Numbered from the whole stretch's first letter, positions 24,650-38,279 are shown. The stretch is DNA of 63,891 nt, filler included, from Nemertoderma westbladi (GCA_032718475.1; 4 parts of 4 records of this genome joined end to end with filler, not necessarily neighbours in it); one strand, 5' to 3'. Notes: a model not told the origin generated them from the letters alone. Made by a program: numbers and translations.

Positions 24650-24869
24650 CCCGGTGCAGCTTTGAAGAGCCCGTGGAAGATTTTTCACCCGGCGCAGCAT
24701 TTTGCATTGCACAGAGCCGGCGCAGGATTTTTGCACCTGGCATGGGCGTGGGTTTGCACAGAGCCGGTGCAGGATTTTTTGCTCCCGGCGTGGTTTTGCT
24801 CAGAGCCGGCGCAGGATTTTTGGCACCCGGCGCCGCGTTCGGCGCAGAAAATAAAACTTTTCAATGGGG
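24650..24869 (-). mobile_element. DNA transposon end with AGAGCCGG(C/T)GCAGGATTTTT subterminal repeats
   Basis: Three to four tandem repeats, ending TAAAACTTTTCAATGGGG, the inverse of the 19537 terminus. Confidence 0.45.
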
Positions 24870-26250
24870 TATACGGTATACACTACAGCACTACAGTATA
24901 GAGCATACCAGCATACTACTATACCAGTCTACCAGTACAGTAGTATACTCCTGTACTCTGATACTGGAAACGTGGAAACTGTTGTACCGGTACTGGTATG
25001 TCATGTCGTAATTCAGTGACACACACTCTCCGCCTGCCACCTGCCCGTCATTTTCTGGAACATTTTGTTTATCCAAATACTTAGCATCGCACTGTCACAA
25101 CAATGCTGCAATGCCTTACATCAGTAGGTACATATTTAATCATACTCTGATACTATTATGTAGCTATTCGTATTCATACATTATCAAAATGTTCCAGAAT
25201 ACGGTGTATTTTTTATTAAATATAATAAAATAGCCTCGCACAGGTGCAAAACCATGCAACATTTGAACGCTCCTATCTCAGCTATTTTTCAGCGAAATTG
25301 AAATTGCGTTAGCCTACATATTCAGACAGTCAGATATTTGGAATCCTGGCAGGGCCTGCTTTCCATGTTCCAGTCGAGTGGTACCGGTACCAACAAACAG
25401 ATATCTGGATATAATGCAGTACTGCCAGACTGCAGTAAGTTATTGAAAGCAAAAATACAATTTCTGGCTCACCCAGTCAGCCAGTCAGTTCAGTGGTCCG
25501 GAGTTCAGGAGTTGAAACTATTTATATTTCAAATTTCATGCAATCTCACCTTCTCATTAAGATTAAGGACACGGCAGCACGGTGTACTAGAATAGTGTAA
25601 TACAGTATAGGCCTACCGTTACATGCAGACATGCCACCTGCAGACATCTGGACAGACATGCTGACATGGCATTTGCAGAGTTGCGGTATTCCAGTCACCA
25701 GTATTCCGATATTCTGATACAGTCTGACAGTGATAGGAGCCTCATTTCCGTAAAGCCTATTTTAACTATCGGTAGTGAGGTAGGTCAGTAGGCTACTCAG
25801 TAGGTAGGCCTAGTAACCGATTAAGTCTGAAGTCTGTATCGGTGCTATTGCTGGCGCTGGCGCTAGGGCTAGGGCACAAGGTGCAAGGCTGCAAGGCCTA
25901 TCTGCCTATACTGCTATAGCCAAACAAAAACAAACAGCACCTCTACTGCAGAACTGTCAGACTGTCTAACTGTCTGTAATCCAGTAATCAGGTAATCCTG
26001 TAATCAGGATGAGTAATCATGATATGCCGGTCATAACTGAATAATGGCTGAAGACGAAATTGCTGATGATGGTTCGGCTACGGCTGCTGATGTTTATTGC
26101 ATGTCGACGTCGCGAGAGATTTCTAAAGAAGATAGTGACCCGGAACAAATACTTCCGGTAACACCATCGTCGCGGATTTGTTCATATGTTGATAAACGTA
26201 ATGGCAGTCCGAAGGAAAAGAATAGTGTAATTGCTCGAATGAACCCGAAG

Positions 26251-26530
26251 TCTAACGCTTTGGTGCCAGTCACTCCATGGAAATTATTTAACCCTTCCTT
26301 AAAGACCAACTTAAACCAGGTAGGCGGTAGTTTCCTCTCCACTCCTAACGCTTGGTGCCAGTCACTCCTTGGGAATTATTTAACCCTTCCTTAAAGACCA
26401 ACTTAAACCAGGTAGGCGGTAGTTTCCTCTCCACTCCTAACGCTTTGGTGCCAGTCACTCCTTCGGAATTATTTAATCCTTCCTTAAAGACCAACTTAAA
26501 CCAGGTAGGCGGTAGTCTCTACAGCTCCAC
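26251..26530. repeat. Three tandem copies of a 92-93 bp unit
   Basis: CTAACGCT(T)TGGTGCCAGTCACTCC... at 26252, 26345 and 26437. Confidence 0.9.
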
Positions 26531-26610
26531 TCCATCAATGCGCTTGTCAGCTTGTAGTTAGCAGGGCAGATATCCAGTAACCTCATGTTACAGTGTTAAC
26601 CTGCTGTAAT

Positions 26611-26745
26611 CGGTGTCGTCGTGTTACGGCTAATGTCGCGTTACGGCTAATTTTTTGAGAGATTAGCCGTAACGCGACTTTCAAAGTCGCCGTACGGCTA
26701 CTCTAAAAGTCGCTTTACGGCTAATTGTCGCGTTACGGCTAATCT
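26611..26745. repeat. Cluster of GTTACGGCTA direct and inverted motifs, probable transposon terminus
   Basis: Six copies, one inverted, next to the contig end. Confidence 0.5.
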
Positions 26746-26796
26746 ATTGTCTTGGTTTTACATAGGGAATCATTATCAATATTATTCTATGGTGTT

Positions 26797-26896
26797 NNNN
26801 NNNNNNNNNNNNNNNNNNNNNNNNNNNNNNNNNNNNNNNNTTAATTAATTAANNNNNNNNNNNNNNNNNNNNNNNNNNNNNNNNNNNNNNNNNNNN
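26797..26896. other. Artificial contig spacer
   Basis: N44-TTAATTAATTAA-N44. Confidence 0.99.
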
Positions 26897-27362
26897 CATG
26901 TATTTAATTCCTTAGAATTACGTATTTTCGGGTTATATCCCTAGTTATATCCCCTATAATTTCCGCTTATTTTTTTTTCTACCGTCCAATACTAACAGGT
27001 GCTTGTGAGTTTATAATGCTGTGAAAGGGTGTATCTCACTACTAATACTGAATCGCTCTATATAATGTTCTCTGGTAGACACTTTAGGTTCTAAAGTTAG
27101 AATGGCATTCCGCTGTTTCAAGATACTGATATATGCAAGGGATACGTATTTTCTCCTAATCCGTAATTTCCATTTTTAATTATTATTTTCTTTACAGTAC
27201 CGGTAGGATAGTAAATGGATAGCTTATTATCAATCAATCAGCCATTCATTGCAGTTAAAGTTATCTACTTAACTTTTGGGAGTAAGGAAATCTTAATGAG
27301 ATAAAATAATAGGAAGTTCATCAAGATAAAATACATTATTGTTTAAACCACTATCATTACTA

Positions 27363-27576
27363 TCACATGACCCCGAAGCATTGTGAGTTGGTTATATCAC
27401 AGTAAAACATAAGCCTACCTTTAAAGTCTTCGTACTCAAAGAGCAGCATTCCTTGCTTTGGTAAGACACGCAGTGAACTTATTTCAGAAGCAGTGGCTGT
27501 TAAGTGAGAGCTGTTGAAACTTCCGAAATTTAGCATTAATGTTGGCCCGTTAAATTCATCTGCATACAATATCCAA
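27363..27576 (-). CDS. Exon 2 of a beta/gamma-crystallin-domain protein
   Basis: Acceptor TTTATTTTCTAG| at 27577; phase 2 restores T-W-I-L-Y-A-D-E-F-N-G..ISSLRV..LLFEYEDFKGR (Greek-key motifs 2 and partial 3). The 3' end is uncertain. Confidence 0.75.
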
Positions 27577-28570
27577 CTAGAAAATAAACGATTATAATAA
27601 ATGTTACAGATAGTGTAAGGTTGAACTTCTTGTGAAGCCTCTTAAAGGACACTGGCCTTGACGTTGCAAATATTCTTGGTAAAGACATGGGTTATTATAA
27701 CGAACCTGCCATTAGACTGGGCAGTTTTTGTCGAAAGGTTTTGTTTATCTGGGGCGTTTACAACAGATGTCGATTAAACGAACAAAACCTGAAAACTGAA
27801 TCAATTATTTAATAGACAAAATAGATTTCTAAGGATTCACTAGCTTCTGAATTCGCGGTTTCAATGGGGGGTTTCGCGGGATCACAACTTTTTTTATTTA
27901 AAGAATAAGAACTAATACTGAGATACCAATTCTGATAATTCCAATGTTCTCATGAAAAATTGAATGTAAAGAGCCTAGTGTACGGCCTAAGCAGATAAGT
28001 AAAGTATGTTACTTTCCAATTTTTAGTAAGGCTGGGCTATAATACGTCAGTTGATAGCACTTTCCAGTGAATGCTATGGGAAGATCTACAAGGTTTACTA
28101 CTGTACTGTACTGTAATCTGCTCTAATAATAATTGTTGTATTTAAAAAACCGACGGCCAACATTAATACTGTAGGCCTAGTATTTAGATGAATAACTGCA
28201 ACCTGCAACTCTTCGGTACAGTATAACAGTTATATACATTATAATGGGGTTGCACCCTAAACTCATATAAACTCAAGTTTTAAACCGATTTTGATCAGAC
28301 TTAAAACTTTCACAGTGTATCAAGAATATAAATAATATCTAACTTTCTAATAAATTAGCCTACGCCAAAGCGTAGGCATTATCAATTATTTTACATCAAT
28401 CCGTATGCGACTAAAGAAAATGATAATTATATGACAATGGTTATGCAGACCAATACAATAAGTTGGGCCTTCGCTCAGCACATGACAAAAAGTGTCTTAA
28501 TTCGCTAAGGCTTCGTCAACTTCGTGTTTCGGTTCGCCCCACATGATAATGGTTATATTATTGTACTCAC

Positions 28571-28803
28571 GTTCCACAGACAACATTGACTGAGGCTATG
28601 TTGTTATTCATTCCAAGAGCAATAAGTTGCGTTGTATTTGTTTCGGCGTAGATGTCAACCTTGTTTCCAGCTAACCCATCTTCTGAGAACAATTCTATAT
28701 GGGATTCACATCCCTGCATCTCTTGTGCTCCAACGGAAGAGGCGACCAAATATACAGCCGCACATATTATCAGCAACATCATGAGTTGGGCTGTATGAGC
28801 CAA
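28571..28803 (-). CDS. Exon 1 of a beta/gamma-crystallin-domain protein with signal peptide
   Basis: Hydrophobic leader MAHTAQLMMLLIICAAVYLVASSVGA, Greek-key motif IELFSEDGLAGNK..MNNNIASVNVVCG, donor AC|GTGAGT at 28570. Confidence 0.8.
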
Positions 28804-29305
28804 TGGCTGAATAATTGTCGTATGTTGTTTTTGACGGATATATTGATTGTTTCTTTTATCGCGTTTTGTTCAATGTTTGGAATGGAGATATTTCACCTAT
28901 GACAAAATCACCAGTTTTTTACATTCCCGTCGAAATTAATTGGAATAGTAAATGAATAATTTGTTTGTTTTTTGATAATAAAATTATAATAATATTTATA
29001 TAATAAAATAATGAATTTGTTGCTATAAATTTCTCCTGATTACGAAATTTTTATCAAAACTAGCATACAGTAGGCCCTATTTCAAATTTCTTACTACATG
29101 AATCTTAATATAATTATGCCATACATTATGGCCATACATTTATCTATTACTGTGCTCGGGAGCTCAATTGCCCGGGGGAAAGAATTGTCTGGGAGGCAAA
29201 TTGCTAGAGGTCAATTGACCTCCTCTCGGGAGTCAATTCTCCCTGGGGCAACAATCAACGTGGCGTAAATGTGGTATTATAATTAAATTAATTGTAATAC
29301 CATAT

Positions 29306-29712
29306 TTACGACATAGCGGTTACAGTAAATCAGGAACGAAGGTTACGACATAGCGGTTACAGTTAATCAGGAACGAAGGTTACAAACTAGCGGTTACAGT
29401 TAATCAGGAACGAAGGTTACGACATAGCGGTTACAGTTAATCAGGAACGAAGGTTACGACATAGCGGTTACAGTTAATCAGGAACGAAGGTTACGACATA
29501 GCGGTTACAGTTAATCAGGAACGAAGGTTACGACATAGCGGTTACAGTAAATCAGGAACGAAGGTTACGGCATAGCGGTTACAGATAATCAGGAACGAAG
29601 GTTACAACATAGCGGTTACAGTAAATCAGGAACGAAGGTTACAAACTAGCGGTTACAGTAAATCAAGAACGAAGGTTACGACATAGCGGTTACAGTTAAT
29701 CAGGAATAAAGG
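29306..29712. repeat. Tandem minisatellite, 37-bp unit, about 11 copies
   Basis: TTACGACATAGCGGTTACAGT(A/T)AATCAGGAACGAAGG at 29306, 29343 and onward. Confidence 0.95.
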
Positions 29713-31184
29713 TAAGTTAGTTAACAAAGGTTAGAACAGTGGTTAAACTATTTGAGGAACAAACTTTATGGCAGCGGTTATACTACCTAAGGAACAAAGG
29801 GTAGGTCAGACAAATTTTTGAAGTTTCTTATTTTTAATTTTGCGTAATACTGAATTTTCTGGGGATTTTTATGGTTAAATTTGCATCGCCGTACAACTTC
29901 TCGGTATTTAAATATTACATTAATTTTATTAAATTATTAGTTAACTATATTTAACCCTTTCCGGCCGACTATATATTTTTGTATACACTGAATTTATTTC
30001 ACTACGGATTGCATAATATTAACTAATTATAGTTGGTTTCATTCAATTGTGGCACTATCACACTTCCTTTATTTATAAATTACCGATTCTGATTGGATAA
30101 TTGTAGTAGAAGGCTTCAATGAACGATTTTAGATGCCTTGTTTTTAGGTATTGACATGATGACTACCTAGTATAGGAAAGATGGTTATTTAAATGCTTTG
30201 GCAAAGCGATATTGAGAATTTTGATTGGGTATTCCAAAGATGGATTGTCCAATGAGATAATAATATTTCCAGGATAAACTTTACAGTACATGTAGGCTGG
30301 TAGTGTTATTGATAAACCACTGTGGGGCGAGCGACGAAAGTAAGCGAGCTTAGCATACAGGTACCACTTACTCAATCGCTGTGTCTGTTGTTCTGTGGGG
30401 CGAGCCATGAAGTGAGTGAGCCTTAGCGTAGTGGTACCATTAATCAACCTGTCGTTCTGTCGCTTTTTTTGCATTATTATTTTACAGTATAAGACTTCAA
30501 TAATTATACTTAAAAAATATACAGATGTAATCCACATACCCCATTCTATTATAGTTTTTAATTAGTTCAAGTGATTTGCTTTAATAATTGTGTCTTTAAT
30601 TGATCTAACGTAATTAAAACGGCATAAAAAATTGATTCTCATTAAATACTGCTCATTTATTGGCCAACATGCAAGTTGGCTGGTACATAGATGTGAAGGA
30701 TGTGTGTGTAAGGCAGCCGGTTGCTGGGAATGCCAGTGGAGGGGGGGTTGTATGTAACTTACCACACGGCTGGTAGAGAGATTGGCCAGCTAGACCTAAC
30801 GAGATTGAAACCTGCATTCCCTACCTCCTATTACACTATAGAGTCTGTGTTCTTTAGTCTCAGGTAATAGACAGATCTCATTTAATGATTGTCAGTCTAT
30901 AACATTACCACTGCAGATGGCTTATATCCAAAATTGTTTATTTCTCAAAATATTAGGCTTATTATTTTTGATGGCATTTCTGTGTATTTTAATTGTCTAA
31001 GTTTTCAGAGGCATTAACAGTATATTAAATAAATTATTTGAATATCATTCATTACTGCATCGACTGTATTTAGTACTGCGTTGATTATATTTCTATAAAC
31101 AACCTGGCTTCGCATATTGAACGTGCGATTGGACATATGTTCGTGCTACCCTTCCGTGGGTGGTAGATGTCGCGGTTATGTATT

Positions 31185-31721
31185 TGTGACGGGATCTACG
31201 GATCCCGATTTATCCGTTTGGGTTTTCTATCTACGCGTCCCCGCCGTGTATATGAAAAGGTTCGTTAAGAGTTCTGATGTTCGGTAATATGTATAAAGGT
31301 ATAATATAGTTGATATAGCACAGTTGAATGGATGACACGGTTACCGGTAGATAAGTATTACATGTGATGGCGGTAGCGGACGGTGATAGAAGTCACCGTT
31401 CCACCCTACTGAGCTGACTAAGTAAACTGAATAACTGATTGCATCGACCGGTAATATATATTGCACGGTTTGGCCTTGTTACAGTACCTAGTCGATGCTG
31501 TCCCCCCATTGGCTAATATCCCTGTTGGCACCCTTTGGAGTGTTTCCCTTCACTCCTTGTGTTCTCTCTCGGTTAGGGGTTTGGCCCCTGACCCCTATTG
31601 TGTGTTTCTCCTTCCCACTTTATTGGGGTGACGCGAGATTGGGTAACCAACCTCGTGGCCCCCAATATTGCTTAATGGCTCACTCTATGGGTTTGTGTTA
31701 GTGGAATTGGATAAGCTAACA
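31185..31721 (-). repeat. LTR of the BEL/Pao element (3'-side copy)
   Basis: TGT...ACA termini, near-identical to 38410-38942, with GTATT on both sides. Confidence 0.92.
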
Positions 31722-32972
31722 GTATTGGTGGGTGGGAAGGGGGGGGGGTTGCAGATAAAAAGGGCTGAACATGTACTGTCCCTCTTTCTTTGATTGATTT
31801 GTGGTGTGGTTAAATTTCTAAATTTTACTAATTTATAAAGTTAAATACTGATTTTGTGATACAGTCGCTCGATTTTAATTTGTATCTCATAACTGGGCCT
31901 CGTGCTGCGCGAAGGCCCCACGAACGTGTTGATATGTCGATCTGTTGTTCTGTCGTTCTGTCGTGTCCAATTTTAAACGTTAATAACTCAGCCAAATGTT
32001 AATTAAATTTAACCAAACTTGGTACACATATAGTCTGGCCAAAGTTTAGAAATTTTCTAAGTTGAATTTTCGCGCGGCCTTCGAGAAGCTAAGATAATAG
32101 CAGTTAATTAGTTAATTAAGTTGATTAGGGTAACAACATCAATTTCAACCTGCCTCCTTAAAGGATATTAATTATTTTCTAGTATAAGATTTAAATAATT
32201 ATACTTAAAAGTTATACAGCTGTAATCCCCATACAACATTCCATTATAGTTTGTAATTAGTTCAAGTGATTTGCTTTAATAAATGTGTCTTTAATTGATC
32301 TAAACGTAATTAAAGCGGCACAATTATTTGAGTACAAATTTAATCCTAGTCTCTGTGGGGGTGTGTAGAGCTGCTTGATGGATGGGAGATGTTTGTGTAG
32401 CCTTACCAGGGCAGATGGGAATGTAATAGGCAGCCAGTAGTATTGCTATAGCAACACAGACATAACTCCAACCACACTGCCTGTATTTCAATTCCTATTG
32501 ACTCTATACTATAAATGTTGTATTACTTACTATCTCAGGTGACAGAAGATATAATGACATAAATACTCATGGCTGTTGTAGGCTTATATCTGAAATAGTT
32601 TATTCCGCAATATATTTGTCTGGTTATTTTTTAATTGAATTTTTGCAAAGTAGAAAATTAATTTTCTTAAAAATAATATTATTATTTTATATGTAACCTA
32701 GGAAATTAACTACATACATGTGTACATTGATTTAATATTATTTCAATACCCATATTACTACATCGGCATACGATGCGTTGGCGTTGTATCACACATCTCA
32801 ACATAGATGTATCAGCAGTTACTCGCACAGTTTCGAAACTTCGCATAGTTATAACTGTATAAAGATCGTCAGTCTTGGTTTACGAAAAATATTTTAATGC
32901 AAAACAGGACGAGCGACGAGCGCAACGAGGCATATAATGAAGACCAGTACTGTACTGCGTAGACTATATTCC
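31722..32972. repeat. 1.25-kb direct duplication of 38943-40196
   Basis: Nearly identical by eye along the whole length. Confidence 0.95.
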
Positions 32973-33349
32973 GACGGAATTGGATAAGCTAACACTCCCC
33001 CCCATGCTATCTTCCCGGTGAGATGATAGCATCCAACTCAAGTGCGCTACAATTCCGCTGGATCCCGATCTATTATCGGGTGTGGGGTGGGTCTATTTTT
33101 TCGGAGTCGGCTTTCCAGGCCGCTCCCTATGGTTATGATGTCACTACCCTCTGGCGTCTCGTGTCGGGCCGATCGTGCGCTTCTCTCACACAATTTTTGT
33201 TTCCCCAACACTCTCACCACTCTAACTCCGCTCTCTGACTCAACTCGCTCTTACCCTCTCCCCACACCTGAATCGCACTCTTCCCTCTCGCCAACAGCTC
33301 CTCTCACTATCTCCTCTCTAATCTCTGCCACTCTCTAAGGCCCTGACCT

Positions 33350-34620
33350 CTAATGCTACCCCTGTGCTATCATACTATCTACCTACTACTTACTTGCTAA
33401 CTATCTAACTATCTACTAACTACTAACTCTTACTACTTCTAGCTCTAACTGAGAGCCTCTAACTTTCTACTAACTCTCCGACTCTAACTAGCACTACTAA
33501 GTCTAACTAACTCCTACTAACTCTCTACTTCTACTAATTCTACTTGACTCATCTAAGTCTACCAAATCTCTAGCCCTTTAACTAGAACTCCCTAACTCTA
33601 CCCACTCTTCTAACTACGTGGCGCTTGCGGTGCCCACAACCACTCTACTATCTGGCACCCTATGTGCCCTTCTACTACTCAACTACCTCTCTAGCTCTAC
33701 TACCTGGCACCCTATGTGCCCGTCTCTACTATTCTACTCTCTGGCACCCTATGTGCCCTCTCTACTACTCTACTCTCTGGCACCCTATGTGCCCTCTCTA
33801 CTACCTCTAACACTCTACTCTACTACCTGGTACCCTATGTGCCCTCTCTACTACTCTACTCTATCTCTAACTTACTTCCTTTACATCCACTCGCCTGCAC
33901 GTGACGCTCTGAATGCCGGCAGAGTGGATACGTTAATTATGTGAACTACTACTAACTCTCACTAACTCTACTAACTCTCTACTAACTCTCTACTAACTCA
34001 ACTAACTCTACTACTAACTCTCTACTAACTCAACTAACTCTACTACTAACTCTTTTTGTGCCCGGCACCTCTTGTGCCCGGCACCCACCCTAATTAACAT
34101 ACCCTGCTCTTACATCAAACACGTCATCACGCCCATGCCCCACTAAGTTCAACGCATTCCCTACTAACTCTAACTACGTGGCGCTTGCGGTGCCCATAAC
34201 CACTCTACTTACTACTTCCTACGTGGCGCTTACGGTGCCCACAACCCTCTACTGCTCTAGATACTTTCTTTCTAACTAACTAACTACGTACCCTCTCACT
34301 AACTCTAACTCCACTAACTAACGGTACTACGTACCCTCTCACTAACTCTAACTAACTAACTAACGGTACTACGTACCCTCTCACTACTCTCTAACTAACG
34401 GTACTACGTACCCTCTAACTACTCTAACTCTACTCTCTCTCTCTCTAACGGTACTACGTACCCTCTTACTACTCTAACTCTACTCTCTCTCTCTAACTAT
34501 CGGTACTACGTACCCTCTTACTACTCTAACTCTACTCTCTCTCTCTAACTATCGGTACTACGTACCCTCTTACTAACTAACTAACTAACTCTCTTACTAC
34601 CTAACTTCTACCTACTTTAT
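33350..34620. repeat. Low-complexity (ACT-rich) 3' region of the LTR element with repeated mini-hairpins
   Basis: GGCACCCTATGTGCC x5, GGTACTACGTACC x6, GGCGCTT(G/A)CGGTGCC x3. Confidence 0.8.
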
Positions 34621-34645
34621 TATTTAATTATTTTATTGTTTTTAA

Positions 34646-37600
34646 TTAAATAATTATTTTATATTTTATGCGTGGGAAGGGCGTCTCGCCCTCATTCCCA
34701 CCCCCCTCAGTCCAAAACTTTGGACGACTAAAAACTCTCAGGTGCCCCTTCTTCCAGTAGGCACTCTCTTGCTGCCCTCCTATACGTCCTCTAACTCTTC
34801 GCCACACTCTCTTCGGTGCTACCTTTGCTGGCCTCCCCCTTCGTATGTGTGCTGGCATTAGAGCCCTCGACGACCCCCGCTCGTCCCTCGGTATACACGG
34901 CGTCTGCCCATGTAATGCCCCCTCGCACTGTGTCAGTCCTGTGTGTGTATGCAACACGCCTCCTTCTACTTTCCCGACTCCTTTATGTTTGCTCATGGGC
35001 TTCTCTGCCCCTGGTTTAATCCTTTCACATCCTCTCCCTTTCCAACACTCTCCGGATCTGTGTCCTTTTACCACACATCGATGACATAGTCCGTTTGCGT
35101 CTGTGTAGGCTACACGATCTCGTTTGGGCAACGCTTGCCAGTACTTGCAACTCCTGGTCTTATGGGTTCCGTCCCGATGTAATTGACATTCGAATCCTGG
35201 ATTATAGCGTTTCCTGTATAGTCCTTCACGTATCGTGCCTAGGTTTATATGTACCGATTTAGTGTTTTGGTTGTCTAGACTCGGCCTACTGGGTATATTG
35301 GGATTGTGTTTATTTTTGGTGTTATTTTCTTTCTGTCCCTGCCACAGCGTGGCCCTGCTACCAGCTAACTGTGGACTAGCAGTCCCCTGTATGGCCGCGT
35401 GTGGTAGCGACTGTCCGCACGACCTGTTCTCGTCCAAGGAGTTCGATGTTCTTGCTCCTATTGGGGTATATTGTCGATATTGTGATGGGGGAATGTCACC
35501 CTGTCCCCCCCCCCGGCCGGTATGTTTGGTGCTGGGGTTGATGTTAATATATTGGGGCCCATACATCTATCTCCAATAACTCTCCCCTCCCCTGGATATA
35601 TTTTATGTCCCTGTGTATTATAGTCATGCTGCTGTACCGATATAGGCCTACCCACTTCCTGCCTACCTACCGGTATGTACTCCGCGGCTTCCGGGTTTAA
35701 TCCCGTCATTCGCGCTACCCTATCGCCTACTCTATCTCTCTCAGCATGGCCTATAATAGTATGTGCAGTAAGGCCTACAGTATGTCCTGCAGTCTGCATG
35801 TGCCCTTTCGAACCGAAGTTTACTCTTCGCGAATCTCGAATCTCCCCGCGACTACCGCACCCTCGATCGGCAGCTATATCCCGCCGGGAAGCTTCTCTTC
35901 GATCCCCATTCCTGTTCTCAACTTTGTATTGGTACGTCCTGTACCCCTCTCTTGGCGTGCGGTGCGTATCTCCGGGGCGACGGCAATCTCCCGAAGTTCG
36001 ACCCCACTGACTCCCTGACTCCATCTCTACTATCGACGGTCCGTTATCCGTCCTCGCACTCCTATTGTTCGTGGCGACACCTTTTCTACTATCTCCTCTT
36101 CTTCTCTTTTCAGTGCAGTATTCCGGCTCATGAGATCTCTCGTCGACCTCCCGGTTAAACTCCACTCTTCTTCTTCCCTCTTCTAATCGGGCTCGACGCT
36201 TCGTCTGCCCTCTCGCGACGTCAACCTGCCTCTCTCTACTCGATCGCACGCCGCTGGGGATACTCGCAATCCCCCTATTACTCTCCATCGCCGGGTGTTG
36301 CGGTTTACCTGATTCGGCCCGCGCATTATTCGCTGACGGCTGTGGGACACTCTCTGCCCCCCCTCTCTCTCTACTAACTTCTCGCGGTGGGGTGTCCGTA
36401 GCCCCCCCCCCCCCCACCCGCCACTTCTAACTTCACTATCTCTTACTACACTTCTGCGTCCCTCTTGTGGGGCATTCTCTGCCCCCCCTCTCTCGCCACT
36501 AATCTTATGTGGTGGGGCGCCGGTAGCCCCCCCCCCCCCCCCCCCCCCACTCGCCACATCTAACTTCACTATATCTTACTTCGTCTCTACACCCCTCTCT
36601 AGTCGACGCACTGTCTTTACTACGGCTGGGTCTATTCACCCCCGCCTCTCTCTCTACTACTGCGTGGCCCACCAGGCCCACTTCGGGTTGGCTCAACCCC
36701 GCCACCTCCTGCCTACCAAGTACGTGGCCTACCAGGCCCCCGTCTGCCGGGTTATGTACGTCCGACACGCTCATATTAATAACACCATTCCCAATATTAT
36801 TCGTTAAATCAATTAAATTGTTAGAATTTGAAACGGGACTATTATTTAAATTATTTAAATTAGGATTATTATTTTCAAAATTTAAATTATTGTTCGAATT
36901 ATTTGAATTATTCTGAATATTTGAATTAATGTTATTATTTGAATTTAAATTTAAATTACTACTACCAGGTAAAATATTATTTCCTGTAATAAAGGGATTA
37001 GGGTTATCTACTACGGTACTATTAATATTAACTATTTCTAACGTACTACTATTACCCCCCCCCCGCCCGTACGGCTACACCAGTTCTGGTTTTCTCGCTC
37101 GGTGCTTATAACTGGGGTCTCACTCTCTGATAGTTCCAACCGCGCCAGTTCTAGTCGGTGCCGCTCCAGTTTGGCTTGATATTGCGCAAGCCTGCCTAGC
37201 CGGGCACGCAAATCATCCCGCTCACGCTCTGCCTCTATCTCTCTCTCTATGCACTCTCGTAAACTTTGCTCGGCCAACTCGGTTTCTCTCGCAACCATCT
37301 CAAACCGTCTCGCCGGCTCGCTCTCTACTCTCATCTCCCGCTCTCTACACTCCTTGACTCTCTCTCTATCCTCCCTTGCCCACTCTCTTTCTCTCTCCAA
37401 CCATGCGGTTTGCTGACTCACTTGCCTCTCTAATTCTTTCTGCTCTGTCGCCACCATTGCTAATTCATACGTCAGATTTATTTCCAGCACCCTTCTTTCT
37501 TTCGCGGAGGATGTAGCAGACTTATCGGTTGCGACGGACTCCCGTCGCCCCTCCGTCCTACCAACTTTCCCCCGTCTCCCGGAACTTTCTCCAACCGACG

Positions 37601-38279
37601 AGACCGAATCCTCGGGGCTAGCCTCGGATTCGCTCTCCTGCGGTTTCCTCCAACCCACTAATTTTACTCCCCGGGCATCGACTAAGTATGGCCCTATGTA
37701 CACTACACTAGGCTGCATACCCCTACACTCCCATAGTTCAATCAGTTCGTTGACAACTCCCCTCGCCCTCTCCTCGGCTAGTTCTCCCTGCCCAGAACGC
37801 ACTAGGTAATCAAAGTATCTGTTCGACTCACCTAGTCGTCTCCTCAGTCTCACCTCGTCTATCTTCGCCCCTCCTTTGGCCTCTCTCAGTCGCTCCCTGG
37901 TCGCGAGGTAGGCTCGTCGAAGTCGATCAGAAACCCCGACGTCCTCGTCGCCGACCTCTCTTCCGTCTCTCCGGGTCCGACGTCGTACCGACGGCCCCAC
38001 CGTCGCCGTTCCGGTGGACCGTTCGTCGTCCTCGGCCTGTGGCTGGCCGGCGACATCGGTACGTCGACCCTCGCTCTGCGTCGACTCGTCTTTCTCCCTT
38101 TCGACTCCCGACTCGTCTCTTCCTTCTCGTTGTAGACGGCCCCCCTCCGTTTGGATTGCCGGATCGTCTGTAGTCGACGGATCCGGCGTCGTGGGTCGAT
38201 GCCGTCTCGCCGCGGCCTCGCGGATCGTTAGGTTGTCGTCCGGGGTCCACGGCGGCGTCGTCTCTCCTATTCGGCTCAT
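34646..38279 (-). CDS. BEL/Pao gag-like ORF split into five frames, mostly at long G/C homopolymers
   Basis: SPEDSVSS motif and coiled coil at the N-terminus; C-terminal knuckles CQLH..H..C..LCHRCVVKGHRSGEC..C. Frame breaks coincide with C-runs near 37060, 36535, 36410 and 35510. Confidence 0.7.

Noticed and set aside
29306-29712. 37-bp repeats of CRISPR-repeat length
   Set aside because: Units are head-to-tail with no spacers, so this is a plain minisatellite.
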